Positions 16,412 to 25,234 are shown, counted from the stretch's first letter. The stretch is 35,107 bases of DNA from a virus (IMGVR_UViG_3300010376_002105:1-35107); one strand, 5' to 3'. The notes: generated by a model from the letters alone, not told the origin. Made by a program: numbers and translations.

Positions 16412-16737
16412 CGGCGGCCGAGCTTTGGGCGAGAACCTGGTCGCACGCGATCGTCGATCTCGGGATCTCCGAGGCGCAATTCTGGCATATGACGCTGGCG
16501 CAGCTCGAGCTGCTTCACGATCGCTTTGAGCGCCGCGAGCAGCGCGAGGAGCTGCTCGTCGGCCTGCTCGCATCGGTTACGGCGAACTATTCGATGCGGG
16601 GTCCGGAAGAGCCGCTCTCGGTTACCGACTTTATGTCGCCGCGGTATCGGCCGAAGCCGGTCGAAGAAGACGAGGCCGTTCTCGCGGCCAGGTTCGACGC
16701 ATTCTTTAAGAATGCGGCCAGGCCGAGCCAAAGGTAG
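16372..16737 (+). CDS. tail assembly chaperone T segment, probably made as a G-T fusion by -1 frameshift
   Basis: The -1 frame is open from 16372 and reads ...AELWARTWSHAIVDLGISEAQFWHMTLAQL..., so the typical LG.S..FW.MT motif lies upstream of the first ATG (16489). Confidence 0.7.
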   Translation, partial: TEGRRRPSDGSELTAAELWARTWSHAIVDLGISEAQFWHMTLAQLELLHDRFERREQREELLVGLLASVTANYSMRGPEEPLSVTDFMSPRYRPKPVEEDEAVLAARFDAFFKNAARPSQR

Positions 16738-16751
16738 CCAGGCGGGCAAGC

Positions 16752-18052
16752 GGGTAACTTCCGGTTGTCGGTTATCCGACCAGATAACGACAGAGATAAG
16801 CAAAATGGCTAAGAATCGATAGAAGGTAGCCTGTTGCTCATTTCACCGTTCGGAGCGCGTTAATGTTTCGTATTCGTTCAGAGGCACTCGTTACGGCAGT
16901 TTATTTGACGGCATTGTTAACGAGCGTTCCATACACCTCAGCTACGGCCCAGCAGGTTGCGGTTATTCCTGTGCCCGATCAGGCAACTCCCTACACATTT
17001 CACGTGACGAAGAGCGAAGTGGTGATAGACGTTATCGCGGTTGATGCCCAGAATCGTCCTGTCCTCAACCTGGCTCCCGCAGATTTGAAACTCTTCGAAG
17101 CCGACCCACCGCGCAAAACGGCCAAGTCAATTGCAAGCCTCCGCGTCGTCGATCCGTCTTCTTCCCCGTCAACGCCATCTGCCTTGCCGCAGACAGATTT
17201 CCTCGGCCTTGTCCATGGCAGCTGTATGCTTACCTACATCGCGCACTACCAACTTGCCTATGACCCTGGACCCGATGGATCGATACCCGGTATTCACACT
17301 GTCGAAATCCAGACGAAACGCCGGGGTGTAAGGCTTTTCTACCGCCACGGCTATTTTGTCAGCCCGCCAATTGCTCCCGAAGACCCCGGGCACAAGCCGA
17401 GGATCCTCGCCACAGTTATTGCGACGACGCAAACGAGCAACCAGCCGGTCACTCCGAAGTTTCAGACAGACAGTGTAGCGGGCTTCTCGGCTCAGAGGGC
17501 GCTCGACTATGCGGTCAACTCGTTCGGATCAACCGTGCCCAACGCAGGTTCGCTCTGTGCAGATGTGTACGAGATTCCAGTGGAGACAAAACGGCTCCCC
17601 GACTTTAAGCGTCTGAGTTCAATCGGTATCATCTACACAGACTTCCTGGCGGTCTCGCGTGCGGCGAACGTCGTCGGCATTGGGCTCCCTAATATAACCA
17701 CTCGGACCGAATGGATCGGCCTCGACTATTACGGCAGAATCTGGATTACCCATCCTGGCTCCTACGAGTTCCAGATGATCTCCGATGACGGTGCCTTGCT
17801 CGAAATCGACGGTAAGCCCGTCATCGACCTCGACGGAATCCACGCTGGCAAAATGGGGTCGGGACAGATCACTTTGGAAGCGGGTCCGCATACACTGCAT
17901 ATCCCTTATTTTCAGGGACCGATTATGGCCGTATTAACGGTTTGGGTAAAGGCCCCAGGCGAGCCGCTGACCATCTTCGACACGCGAAGTTTCGCTCCGC
18001 AGCCTGCGACGACTATGTCAGGTCGATGAGCATCGCAAACCGGAAGTCACCC
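16752..18052. mobile_element. inverted-repeat-bounded single-gene cassette inserted in the tail operon
   Basis: GGGTAACTTCCGGTT (16752-16766) and AACCGGAAGTCACCC (18038-18052) form a 14/15 inverted repeat; the interior lacks the phage word bias. Confidence 0.65.
16863..18029 (+). CDS. secreted protein: acidobacterial VWFA-related N-terminal segment plus C-terminal PA14 domain
   Basis: Signal peptide (..SATA|QQ); F.V...V.IDV..VD...RPV.NL...D..LFE; Y.LAY.P...H.VEI...R.G..L.YR.GY; PA14 signature WI...Y.GRIWI..PG.Y.F...SDDGA.L.IDG..VID.DG.H...YFQGP. Confidence 0.8.
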   Translation: MFRIRSEALVTAVYLTALLTSVPYTSATAQQVAVIPVPDQATPYTFHVTKSEVVIDVIAVDAQNRPVLNLAPADLKLFEADPPRKTAKSIASLRVVDPSSSPSTPSALPQTDFLGLVHGSCMLTYIAHYQLAYDPGPDGSIPGIHTVEIQTKRRGVRLFYRHGYFVSPPIAPEDPGHKPRILATVIATTQTSNQPVTPKFQTDSVAGFSAQRALDYAVNSFGSTVPNAGSLCADVYEIPVETKRLPDFKRLSSIGIIYTDFLAVSRAANVVGIGLPNITTRTEWIGLDYYGRIWITHPGSYEFQMISDDGALLEIDGKPVIDLDGIHAGKMGSGQITLEAGPHTLHIPYFQGPIMAVLTVWVKAPGEPLTIFDTRSFAPQPATTMSGR

Positions 18053-18106
18053 ACACTTCGACAAACCTTCGCCCCTCAACCGTCACCGAGTGGCATTGAC
18101 CGTCGC

Positions 18107-18115
18107 TGTTATACT
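18107..18115 (+). promoter_or_regulatory. extended -10 promoter (TGtTATACT) for the small moron gene
   Basis: TG-N-TATACT upstream of an AAGGAGG RBS and ATG 18139. Confidence 0.5.
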
Positions 18116-18138
18116 CTCCCGTTTCGAAAGGAGGGTAT

Positions 18139-18315
18139 ATGGCAGGCAGCATCTTCGAGGAGTATGCAACAGAGCAGGCGGCCGAGGACTCGCTCAGGGA
18201 AAGAGTCGAGAACGAGGCTCATCGGATCACGGTGCTTAAAATCGGGTTCGGCGTTTTCGTCGGGAATCTGTTCACGGCGATCGTCGTCGCGATTGTTTAC
18301 GCTCTTATGAAATAA
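18139..18315 (+). CDS. 58-aa membrane moron protein, superinfection-exclusion candidate (not in the ORF track)
   Basis: AAGGAGG RBS; MAGSIFEEYATEQAAEDSLRERVENEAHRITVLKIGFGVFVGNLFTAIVVAIVYALMK*; acidic N-terminus and one C-terminal TM. Confidence 0.75.
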   Translation: MAGSIFEEYATEQAAEDSLRERVENEAHRITVLKIGFGVFVGNLFTAIVVAIVYALMK

Positions 18316-18337
18316 CGAAAAGAAATCTGCATCAGAG

Positions 18338-18362
18338 AGCCGCTCTTCGGGGCGGCTTTTCT
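18338..18362 (+). terminator. intrinsic terminator of the moron
   Basis: AGCCGCTC-TTCG-GGGCGGCT-TTTCT with a cUUCGg tetraloop. Confidence 0.8.
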
Positions 18363-18374
18363 ATTGGAGAAAGC

Positions 18375-20231
18375 ATGGCCGTTAACGCAAAAGTCGCGTC
18401 TGCTTACGTTGATCTCGTCGCTCGCACCGAGGCCTTCGAGAAGTCTCTCGACGATGCGAAAGGCGCCGTCGGCAGATTCAAGTCGACGTTACATTCGGAG
18501 ATGAAAGAAGCGCGCGGCTCGATCGCGCTGCTCGGCGAAGAGGTCGGGATTCATCTTCCGCGGCACCTGCAGACGTTTCTCGCCAGTCTGCCAGGCGTCG
18601 CGCCGGCTCTCTCTGCGGCGTTCTCGAGCGTCGCCGTTCTGGCGCTCGCCGGGATCGTCGTCGAGACCGGGAAAAAGGTTTACGAGTTTTTCGAGAAGCA
18701 GGAGCAGGCCGCGAAAAAGAATTCCGAGGCCTGGTCGGAAGCTGCGAAGGATATCGCCGGCCTAAACTCGACGCTCGAGCTCTCGAATTCGAAGATCGCC
18801 GACACGATCGCGAAGCTCGAGAAAAAACCAGGCGAGAACGGGATCCGGACGGCGCTGCTCGAGGCTTCGGAGCAGGCCGACAAGCTCGGCGAAAAGCTCG
18901 ACAAAGATCTCGACAAGCTGACGAACGTACACACGTCGTCGGCTCTCGGCAGTATCTTCGGCGCCGAGTGGGGCGACGAAGGCGTTAACCAGGCGGCGCA
19001 GGCCGGCGCGCATCGGCTCGAGCAGCTCATCGGCGAATATAACGACGTACTGCAGCGCGCCGCCGATCGCGGCGACAAGGACAACTATAACCAGGTTCGG
19101 CAGGATGAGCTCGCGCGCATCGCTGCGGATCCGACGATAAACAAGAGCATAGAAACGATCAGCGAATATCTTCGCGTGAATCAGGATCTCGCCGGCACAA
19201 AGAACGTCAACTTCGACCAGGCCTCGCGCGCTTACTCGATTCTCTCTGGCGCCGTGCAGGCTCTCAATCAGCAGCAGACGCAGGAGCTCGGCAATCAGCA
19301 GGTGAAAGCTCTCGAGGCTGCGCCGAAAGGCGATCACGCTTTTACGGTCGATACGCTCGCACTCGATATGCAGGATGCGATCGCGCGCGAGAGCTTCCGG
19401 CGCGGGATGGAGCAGTCGTTACTGCTATGGGGGCCGGGTAATGGGCCGCCGCTCGGATGGACCGGCGACCAGGGGCCGGCGAACCGCGACATCTTCGGCG
19501 ATCTGCGGCCGAAGGTCGAGCTCGCTGCGTCGACATTCGACAAAGTACACGACGCCGCGCTCGATCTCGCCGAGCAGTTTACGAATCTCGGCGCGACGAT
19601 CTCGCACGCGCTCACGCGCACGATCAACGAATTTAACGATACCGTGATGCGCGCGATGACCGGCGATCACGGCGGAAGTTTCCGGCAGCTCGCGCAGCAT
19701 GGCGCCGAGAATCTCGGCCGGGTCGGCCTGCAGTACGCCGAAGGAACGCTAATGAAGGCGTTACTCGGCGATCGGCATACGAAGCCGGACGGCAGCAAAG
19801 CGAATCCGATCTATACGCGTGACGCCGATAAACCGTCGGCCGGCACTTCGGGCCTCGCCGGCGCTGCCGGCCGCGGCCTGCTCGGGATCCTTAACGACTC
19901 CGATTGGTTCGGTCGTCTCTTCGGCGGCCGGATCTTCGGCGCCGGCGGGATCTTCGGCGGCGGCCATGCACTCGGCGGCGATGTCGCGGCCGGCGTGCCG
20001 ATCGACGTCGGCGAGCTCGGTCCGGAACGGTTTACGCCGATGGTCCCTGGCCGCATCACGTCGGCCGGCGCAATGGGCCGCGGGCCTTCGATCGGTTACA
20101 TCGACGCGCGCGGCACGGATCCCGCGCTCGTGCGAGCTCACGTCGAAGCCGGCATGAGAATCGCTCACGCTCGCTCGGTTCACGATGCGACGCACCTGGT
20201 CGCCGATCGGCAGATGCGCCGGCCGCAGTAA
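18375..20231 (+). CDS. tail tape measure protein
   Basis: N-terminal ASAYVDLVART..FE..L; Ala/Gln-rich helical body; C-terminal GGGHALGGDV..G.P..VGE.GPE.FTP...G.I motif. Confidence 0.9.
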   Translation: MAVNAKVASAYVDLVARTEAFEKSLDDAKGAVGRFKSTLHSEMKEARGSIALLGEEVGIHLPRHLQTFLASLPGVAPALSAAFSSVAVLALAGIVVETGKKVYEFFEKQEQAAKKNSEAWSEAAKDIAGLNSTLELSNSKIADTIAKLEKKPGENGIRTALLEASEQADKLGEKLDKDLDKLTNVHTSSALGSIFGAEWGDEGVNQAAQAGAHRLEQLIGEYNDVLQRAADRGDKDNYNQVRQDELARIAADPTINKSIETISEYLRVNQDLAGTKNVNFDQASRAYSILSGAVQALNQQQTQELGNQQVKALEAAPKGDHAFTVDTLALDMQDAIARESFRRGMEQSLLLWGPGNGPPLGWTGDQGPANRDIFGDLRPKVELAASTFDKVHDAALDLAEQFTNLGATISHALTRTINEFNDTVMRAMTGDHGGSFRQLAQHGAENLGRVGLQYAEGTLMKALLGDRHTKPDGSKANPIYTRDADKPSAGTSGLAGAAGRGLLGILNDSDWFGRLFGGRIFGAGGIFGGGHALGGDVAAGVPIDVGELGPERFTPMVPGRITSAGAMGRGPSIGYIDARGTDPALVRAHVEAGMRIAHARSVHDATHLVADRQMRRPQ

Positions 20232-20261
20232 TTCACAAATTCACGAATTCGCAACTTCGGA
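20230..20261 (+). repeat. degenerate 8-bp tandem repeat after the TMP gene
   Basis: AATTCACA-AATTCACG-AATTCGCA-ACTTCGGA. Confidence 0.5.
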
Positions 20262-20271
20262 GGGGCATTCG

Positions 20272-20664
20272 ATGCCGCTGATAACTATCGCTGCGACAAA
20301 TTTGAACGATTGGCAGGGAAACACGAGCGGGATCTTTCTGCTGATCTACACGAACGACGATTTCACGGCGCAGTCGGGCGCCATTCATCCGAAGAGCGTT
20401 CGCGAGAATCCGCTCTCGCTCGGGACGTTCTTTCACTCGGTCCCCTGCACTGTCGCGAGTGGCGTGCTGCAGATCCCACAGGTGCAGCTCGACTCGACTG
20501 AAGATTCTCCCGACAATCCCGGCGCGACGTATTCCGCGGCGATATGGGACAGCGCATCGGGAAAGACCGTTCAATCCTTCGGAACGAAACCGAGCTTCAC
20601 AGTGCCGGCGGCGCCGGCGTCGACGAGCTGGTCGACGATCTTCACCGGAGAGGCGGAAGAATAA
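20272..20664 (+). CDS. beta-rich putative virion protein (fibre anchor/adaptor-like)
   Basis: GGAGGGG RBS; 130 aa; resembles the N-terminal domain of the next gene; TAATG overlap with it. Confidence 0.65.
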   Translation: MPLITIAATNLNDWQGNTSGIFLLIYTNDDFTAQSGAIHPKSVRENPLSLGTFFHSVPCTVASGVLQIPQVQLDSTEDSPDNPGATYSAAIWDSASGKTVQSFGTKPSFTVPAAPASTSWSTIFTGEAEE

Positions 20665-23600
20665 TGAAACGCAGAATTGTCTATTTCGCACTTTTCATCG
20701 CTGCAGCTCTCGCCGGCGCGCAGGCACCGAATCCGCTGCCGACATACTGGCCGTGGACCGGCGTAACGCCGGCGCCTGTACCGATCACGGCGAGCGCGAT
20801 CGCCGACGAGTTCGGGAATCCTTACTCGAATGTGAGTCTCTGTTTTACGCCGGTCGACGGTAACGGAAAGACGACCGGATTTCGCGTCGGTCCCGTTCAA
20901 GTGATGGCCGTTCGTCGCTGCGGCCTGGTCTCGAGCGGCGCGCTCGCCGCGGGTCTCAGCCTGGCGCCGACGCCGACGGGGATTTACTACCATCCGGAAG
21001 TTATCGACCGGAAGACGGGGAACGTTCTTCGCGATTACTGCGCGACGGCGATCACCGGCTCGAGCTGGACTCTCGACAGTTACGACTGCGCGCCGCCGAA
21101 CGCGCCGCCGCCGACCGCGGGCTCGATCGGCGCCGCGGCGACCGGCCAGCTCGCGATCTACGTCGGCGCGAGTCCGACGACGACGCTCGCCGGGATCCCG
21201 TTTCAAGGTCTCTTGAATACCGGCTCAATGCTCACGACGGGGATCACTTCGAGCGGCGCGCCGACGGCGACGTGCGACGCCGCGCATCTCTTCGTCAAAG
21301 CGTACGATCTGACAAATCTCGGCCAGGAATACACGTGTCTGCAGAAGACCGACTCGAGTTATGCCTGGCAGCTTACGGCCGGCGGCGGCTCGAGCTCTGG
21401 CGGCGGCGACGTTACGACGATCAATACATCGCTGCCGGTTAGTACGTACTCGATCGGATCCGGCATGTGTCACATTACCGACTCGACCGGGCCGGGAAAT
21501 GGCCTCGTGCAAGGATCCGCGACCGAGCTGCTCTTCGCCGCCTATAACGGCCAGGGATGCAACTCGAAGGCGCAGCAGTATCCCGGCACTTGGTACTGCA
21601 ACCAGGGTGCGAGCTCTGACTGCCAGGCGCCGAAGGGATCCGGAAACGCGACCAGTGCAGACACGTTCTCACAGCAGCTCTATCCGAACGAGGATCCGCC
21701 AGACACCGGCGCATATGACTATTTCTTTCAGCACGGCTTCGGCGACGTCGCGACGTGCCGAAATTCGTTCTCTGGTTGGGGTCACTTTTACGGCGATTGT
21801 ACGCAGATCATCACGGCCGGCCTATACGCCGGTTATGCATGGGCCGGGACGGCGAATCATATGAAGCTGCGCGCGTCAGCCGCGGCGCAGAGCGGCACGG
21901 CGACATTCGCGCCGCCGGCTTCGTTCGCTGCCGGCAATTATGCGCCAGGTACGCCGATGTGCGCGACGACCGGCGGCACGCTCACATTTCAGACGATGCC
22001 GGCGACCGGCGTGATTTGGTACACGTGGATTGTGAGCGGGCAGCCGGGAACCGATACGGCGAACGTCTTTATCGACGGTACTGCAATCGGCTCGATCAGC
22101 TCTGGCGCCGGCGGCGGATGGGGTACGAATTGGGAGTCGGTAATGTGGTGGGGGCAGCGTTTCGTTATTCCTAATTCGAATACGGGGTCGCACACTCTCG
22201 CGATCACGACGACGAGCGGGAATTTCTGCAGCGTCTTCGCGATCACGCCGGGAACGGAATTTAATGGTCTCGAGAAGCCGAACGTCTACGAGTCCGGTTA
22301 TATTCCTGGCGCCGGCGGATTCCTGGCAGCATACGAGCACGACGTTTATCAGAACGCAGCCCTGCAGGCGAAGGCCGACGGACTGCACGTCGAATTTTCT
22401 GATCTCTTCGGCCAGGGATGGCCGGAAGGCCGCGGCGATACTCGCTGGTTTGAGTACAACAACGGCACGTATCCCGGCGGCCTGGTCTGCACTGGACAAT
22501 ACTCTCCGCATTACAACAACTGCGGAAACCTGTTTAACGCCTGGCAGTTCTTGCGATCGGCAGGCCGCACGCCGTCGCCGACGCCGAATGTAAGCGGAGA
22601 CGGCTCGACCGTCATCTGCACGCCGAACGGTAAGAGCGTGCAGTGCGCGGCCGGCGCCGGCGTGGCGAGAATGGCAACGCCGAATAACTTCACGACCGGC
22701 GAGCAGCATATAAGCACGGGCGCCGCGACGACGAAGGGACTCACGATCCAAGGGAAGACGGGCGTCGTCACGCCGACGATCGCGAGCAATAACGGAGGCT
22801 CTCACTGTAACGGCACTGACACGTTCACATTCGGCGCCGGCAATCTGCTCGTGATCGGCACGGATAACGCCGCGGCGGCGCCGACGTCGAGCGGCGGAGA
22901 GACGTTTACTCTCGTCGCCGATCTGCAGCAAGGATGGTTGCACGCATTTTGGATCGCGCCGAACCTGGCCGGCGGATCGGAGACGATCACGTGGAACGCC
23001 GGCTATTTCTGCAACGTGACCGAGTTCGCGAACGCATCCACGGCAGCGAATCCTCTCGACGGCTCTGCCGTGAAGATTATCGATCCGGCCGGCAATAGCG
23101 CACCAAAGACGGTGAGCATCACGACGACGCAGCCGAACGATCTGCTCGTGACTATCGATACGCACGATAACGCGGACGCGCCGAGCGGGGGATCTTGGGT
23201 CGAGCTCTACAGGTACGGCAATCAATCGGCCTTCGCTACGGAGACGGCAGCGACGCCAGGAGCGTATTCCGCGACGTGGGGTCATTACGCTTACGGCGAT
23301 CCTAACTCCTGGGCGATCTTCGCCATCAAAGGCGCGACAGGAACGCAGCTCGTCGATCTGCAGGGATGGCAGACACCGGACGGGGTTACTCACGGCGCGA
23401 TCGATGGGCCGACGGCGAAGTACAAGGATTACGACGCGCCGGCCGCGGCGACGACTTGCTCGCATTTCGTCAACGGCGTACTAAAGCCGGTCTCGCCGGC
23501 CGCGGACTGCTTTGCGCCGGAAACGCATACGGCGAGCAATTCTTCCGAGCTCGACTTTACGAGCTGCCTTAGTGCGGGCGTGCAGAATTATCAGCTCAAT

Positions 23601-24050
23601 TTCACGGGCTTGTATGCCGCATCTGGAAACTATTTTGTCAATCTTCAATTTTGGAACGGCACGGCGTACGACACGACGGCAGCCGACTATTCGACGAGCC
23701 GTTTTTTCTATCAGCTATTAGGCGGAACGGGTCAGGGGAACAACTATGCAGTGCCTTTAGCGGGGATCGCGATCGAGGCGCAGGCTAACACGTGGGGAGC
23801 GGATACCGGGACGACCGTCGCGAACGGAACGCTCATCCTACACGTGCCGACGAACCTGGCGAACGATTACGTCAATATCGACGGGGCCGTGGTCACGCGC
23901 TCGGGTGCGACGACTCAGAACGCCTATCACTTGAATGTAAGTGGGCTCTGGAATCAAAACATCACGCCGACGAAGTTCCGCCTGATACCAGAAAAGAGCG
24001 GCGACACGATCGCCGGAGGCGTCGTTACCTGTCAGCCGCTCGCGCAGTAG
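20664..24050 (+). CDS. large multidomain tail-fibre/receptor-binding-like protein with a Sec signal peptide
   Basis: MKRRIVYFALFIAAALAGA|QA; 1128 aa rich in T/G/S/A; 24 Cys; degenerate SGNH-like blocks; C-terminal TASNSSELDFT...Y.L.F..L domain of a type seen in phage fibre proteins. Confidence 0.65.
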   Translation: MKRRIVYFALFIAAALAGAQAPNPLPTYWPWTGVTPAPVPITASAIADEFGNPYSNVSLCFTPVDGNGKTTGFRVGPVQVMAVRRCGLVSSGALAAGLSLAPTPTGIYYHPEVIDRKTGNVLRDYCATAITGSSWTLDSYDCAPPNAPPPTAGSIGAAATGQLAIYVGASPTTTLAGIPFQGLLNTGSMLTTGITSSGAPTATCDAAHLFVKAYDLTNLGQEYTCLQKTDSSYAWQLTAGGGSSSGGGDVTTINTSLPVSTYSIGSGMCHITDSTGPGNGLVQGSATELLFAAYNGQGCNSKAQQYPGTWYCNQGASSDCQAPKGSGNATSADTFSQQLYPNEDPPDTGAYDYFFQHGFGDVATCRNSFSGWGHFYGDCTQIITAGLYAGYAWAGTANHMKLRASAAAQSGTATFAPPASFAAGNYAPGTPMCATTGGTLTFQTMPATGVIWYTWIVSGQPGTDTANVFIDGTAIGSISSGAGGGWGTNWESVMWWGQRFVIPNSNTGSHTLAITTTSGNFCSVFAITPGTEFNGLEKPNVYESGYIPGAGGFLAAYEHDVYQNAALQAKADGLHVEFSDLFGQGWPEGRGDTRWFEYNNGTYPGGLVCTGQYSPHYNNCGNLFNAWQFLRSAGRTPSPTPNVSGDGSTVICTPNGKSVQCAAGAGVARMATPNNFTTGEQHISTGAATTKGLTIQGKTGVVTPTIASNNGGSHCNGTDTFTFGAGNLLVIGTDNAAAAPTSSGGETFTLVADLQQGWLHAFWIAPNLAGGSETITWNAGYFCNVTEFANASTAANPLDGSAVKIIDPAGNSAPKTVSITTTQPNDLLVTIDTHDNADAPSGGSWVELYRYGNQSAFATETAATPGAYSATWGHYAYGDPNSWAIFAIKGATGTQLVDLQGWQTPDGVTHGAIDGPTAKYKDYDAPAAATTCSHFVNGVLKPVSPAADCFAPETHTASNSSELDFTSCLSAGVQNYQLNFTGLYAASGNYFVNLQFWNGTAYDTTAADYSTSRFFYQLLGGTGQGNNYAVPLAGIAIEAQANTWGADTGTTVANGTLILHVPTNLANDYVNIDGAVVTRSGATTQNAYHLNVSGLWNQNITPTKFRLIPEKSGDTIAGGVVTCQPLAQ

Positions 24051-24102
24051 CAAACCTGGCCGGCGCGCGATCGCCGGCCTTAACTTTTGAGGGGGATCGA
24101 AA

Positions 24103-25230
24103 ATGTCTGTAGTCGTTCGGCCGTCAGTTCCGCGGGGTCCGTCGGATGGTACGCTCGGCGTGTTTTACGCGCCGTGCGACTACATGCCGAAAGTGCTCTC
24201 GCCGTCGTCGATCGAATGGGACGAGCACGACGTCGTCGCGCAGACGGTCTCGCCCTTTTCGGGACAAACCCAAACGTTCGATTGGCAGGCGGCATGGTGG
24301 GAAGCGCGCGTCAGTCTGCCGCCGATGCCGCGGCATTCTCACGACGCCTGGTCGGCGTTTCTCTCGAGGATGCGCGGCTCGCTTAAAACGTTCATGCTCG
24401 GCGATCCGAAGGCGCGACTTCCGAAAGGATCCGCAATGGGCTCGCCGGTCGTGAGCGGCGCCGGCCAAACCGGATACTCGGTCGCGACGCGCGGATGGTC
24501 GCCGAATCAGCCGTCGCTCTTTCTGCCTGGCGATTTTATTCAGATCGGGATCCGCCTGCACAAAGTAACGGATCTCGTCTCGTCGGACGCGAACGGTCTC
24601 GCGACGCTGCCGATCTGGCCGCCGCTGCGCGACAAGCCGGCCGATAATATGCCGATCGTCACGCGCAACTGTAAAGGCGCCTTCGTTCTGAAGGCCTCGA
24701 ACGGAAACAAGCACTCGACGAACGTCGGCCTTTACGGTTTCTCGGGTTTCGACATCCGCGAAGCTCTGCCGGTTCAAGGCGCGACCGGCGCGATCGCCGG
24801 CGGCTACACGCCGCCGCCGGAAGGGGGCGGCACTGGCGGCGTGCCGACGTTTAACATCGTCGCGGTTACGACGTGGTTTAACACAAACGGATCGAATATG
24901 GGCAGCGTCGCCGCGGGCGGCCTGGTCGGCACTGTGAGCATCGGCGGCGCCGCCGCGGTCGCGATCCCTGATTTCTCGTTTACGCAGGCAGCCGGGCCGC
25001 CGACAGCGACCGCGGATTATTACGCGTTTTTCTGTCTCGGCCAGGATCTGCAATGGCGTACGTTTTGGGGCGGCCTGCTCGCTTCGGGAGGGATCCCGAA
25101 TAGTGCTCTCGTCGCGGCGCGAAAGGCGGCCGGCGACATCGTCTTTCTGGCCGAATGGCATTATGTGCCGCAAGGTCAGTACCAGGTGCTCGGCTACGGC
25201 GGCGGCAGCGTCGGCGTCTACCAGGGGTGA
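24103..25230 (+). CDS. distal tail (Dit/gpM-like) protein with a C-terminal extension
   Basis: SPFSGQ.Q...W....WEA.V.LPPM, W.AFL..MRG...F..GDP, G.P.V.GAGQTG, PGD.IQIG, L.IWPPLR, REAL, then a Gly/Pro linker and an extra domain. Confidence 0.75.
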   Translation: MSVVVRPSVPRGPSDGTLGVFYAPCDYMPKVLSPSSIEWDEHDVVAQTVSPFSGQTQTFDWQAAWWEARVSLPPMPRHSHDAWSAFLSRMRGSLKTFMLGDPKARLPKGSAMGSPVVSGAGQTGYSVATRGWSPNQPSLFLPGDFIQIGIRLHKVTDLVSSDANGLATLPIWPPLRDKPADNMPIVTRNCKGAFVLKASNGNKHSTNVGLYGFSGFDIREALPVQGATGAIAGGYTPPPEGGGTGGVPTFNIVAVTTWFNTNGSNMGSVAAGGLVGTVSIGGAAAVAIPDFSFTQAAGPPTATADYYAFFCLGQDLQWRTFWGGLLASGGIPNSALVAARKAAGDIVFLAEWHYVPQGQYQVLGYGGGSVGVYQG

Positions 25231-25234
25231 AACG

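Noticed and set aside
18097-18115. TTGACC as the -35 box for TATACT
   Set aside because: Spacer is only about 7 nt; an extended -10 promoter fits better.
21876-23465. 529-aa antisense ORF (also 10425-11582, 11707-12795, 15407-16573, 24124-25173)
   Set aside because: Each lies opposite well-supported phage genes and has shadow-frame composition.
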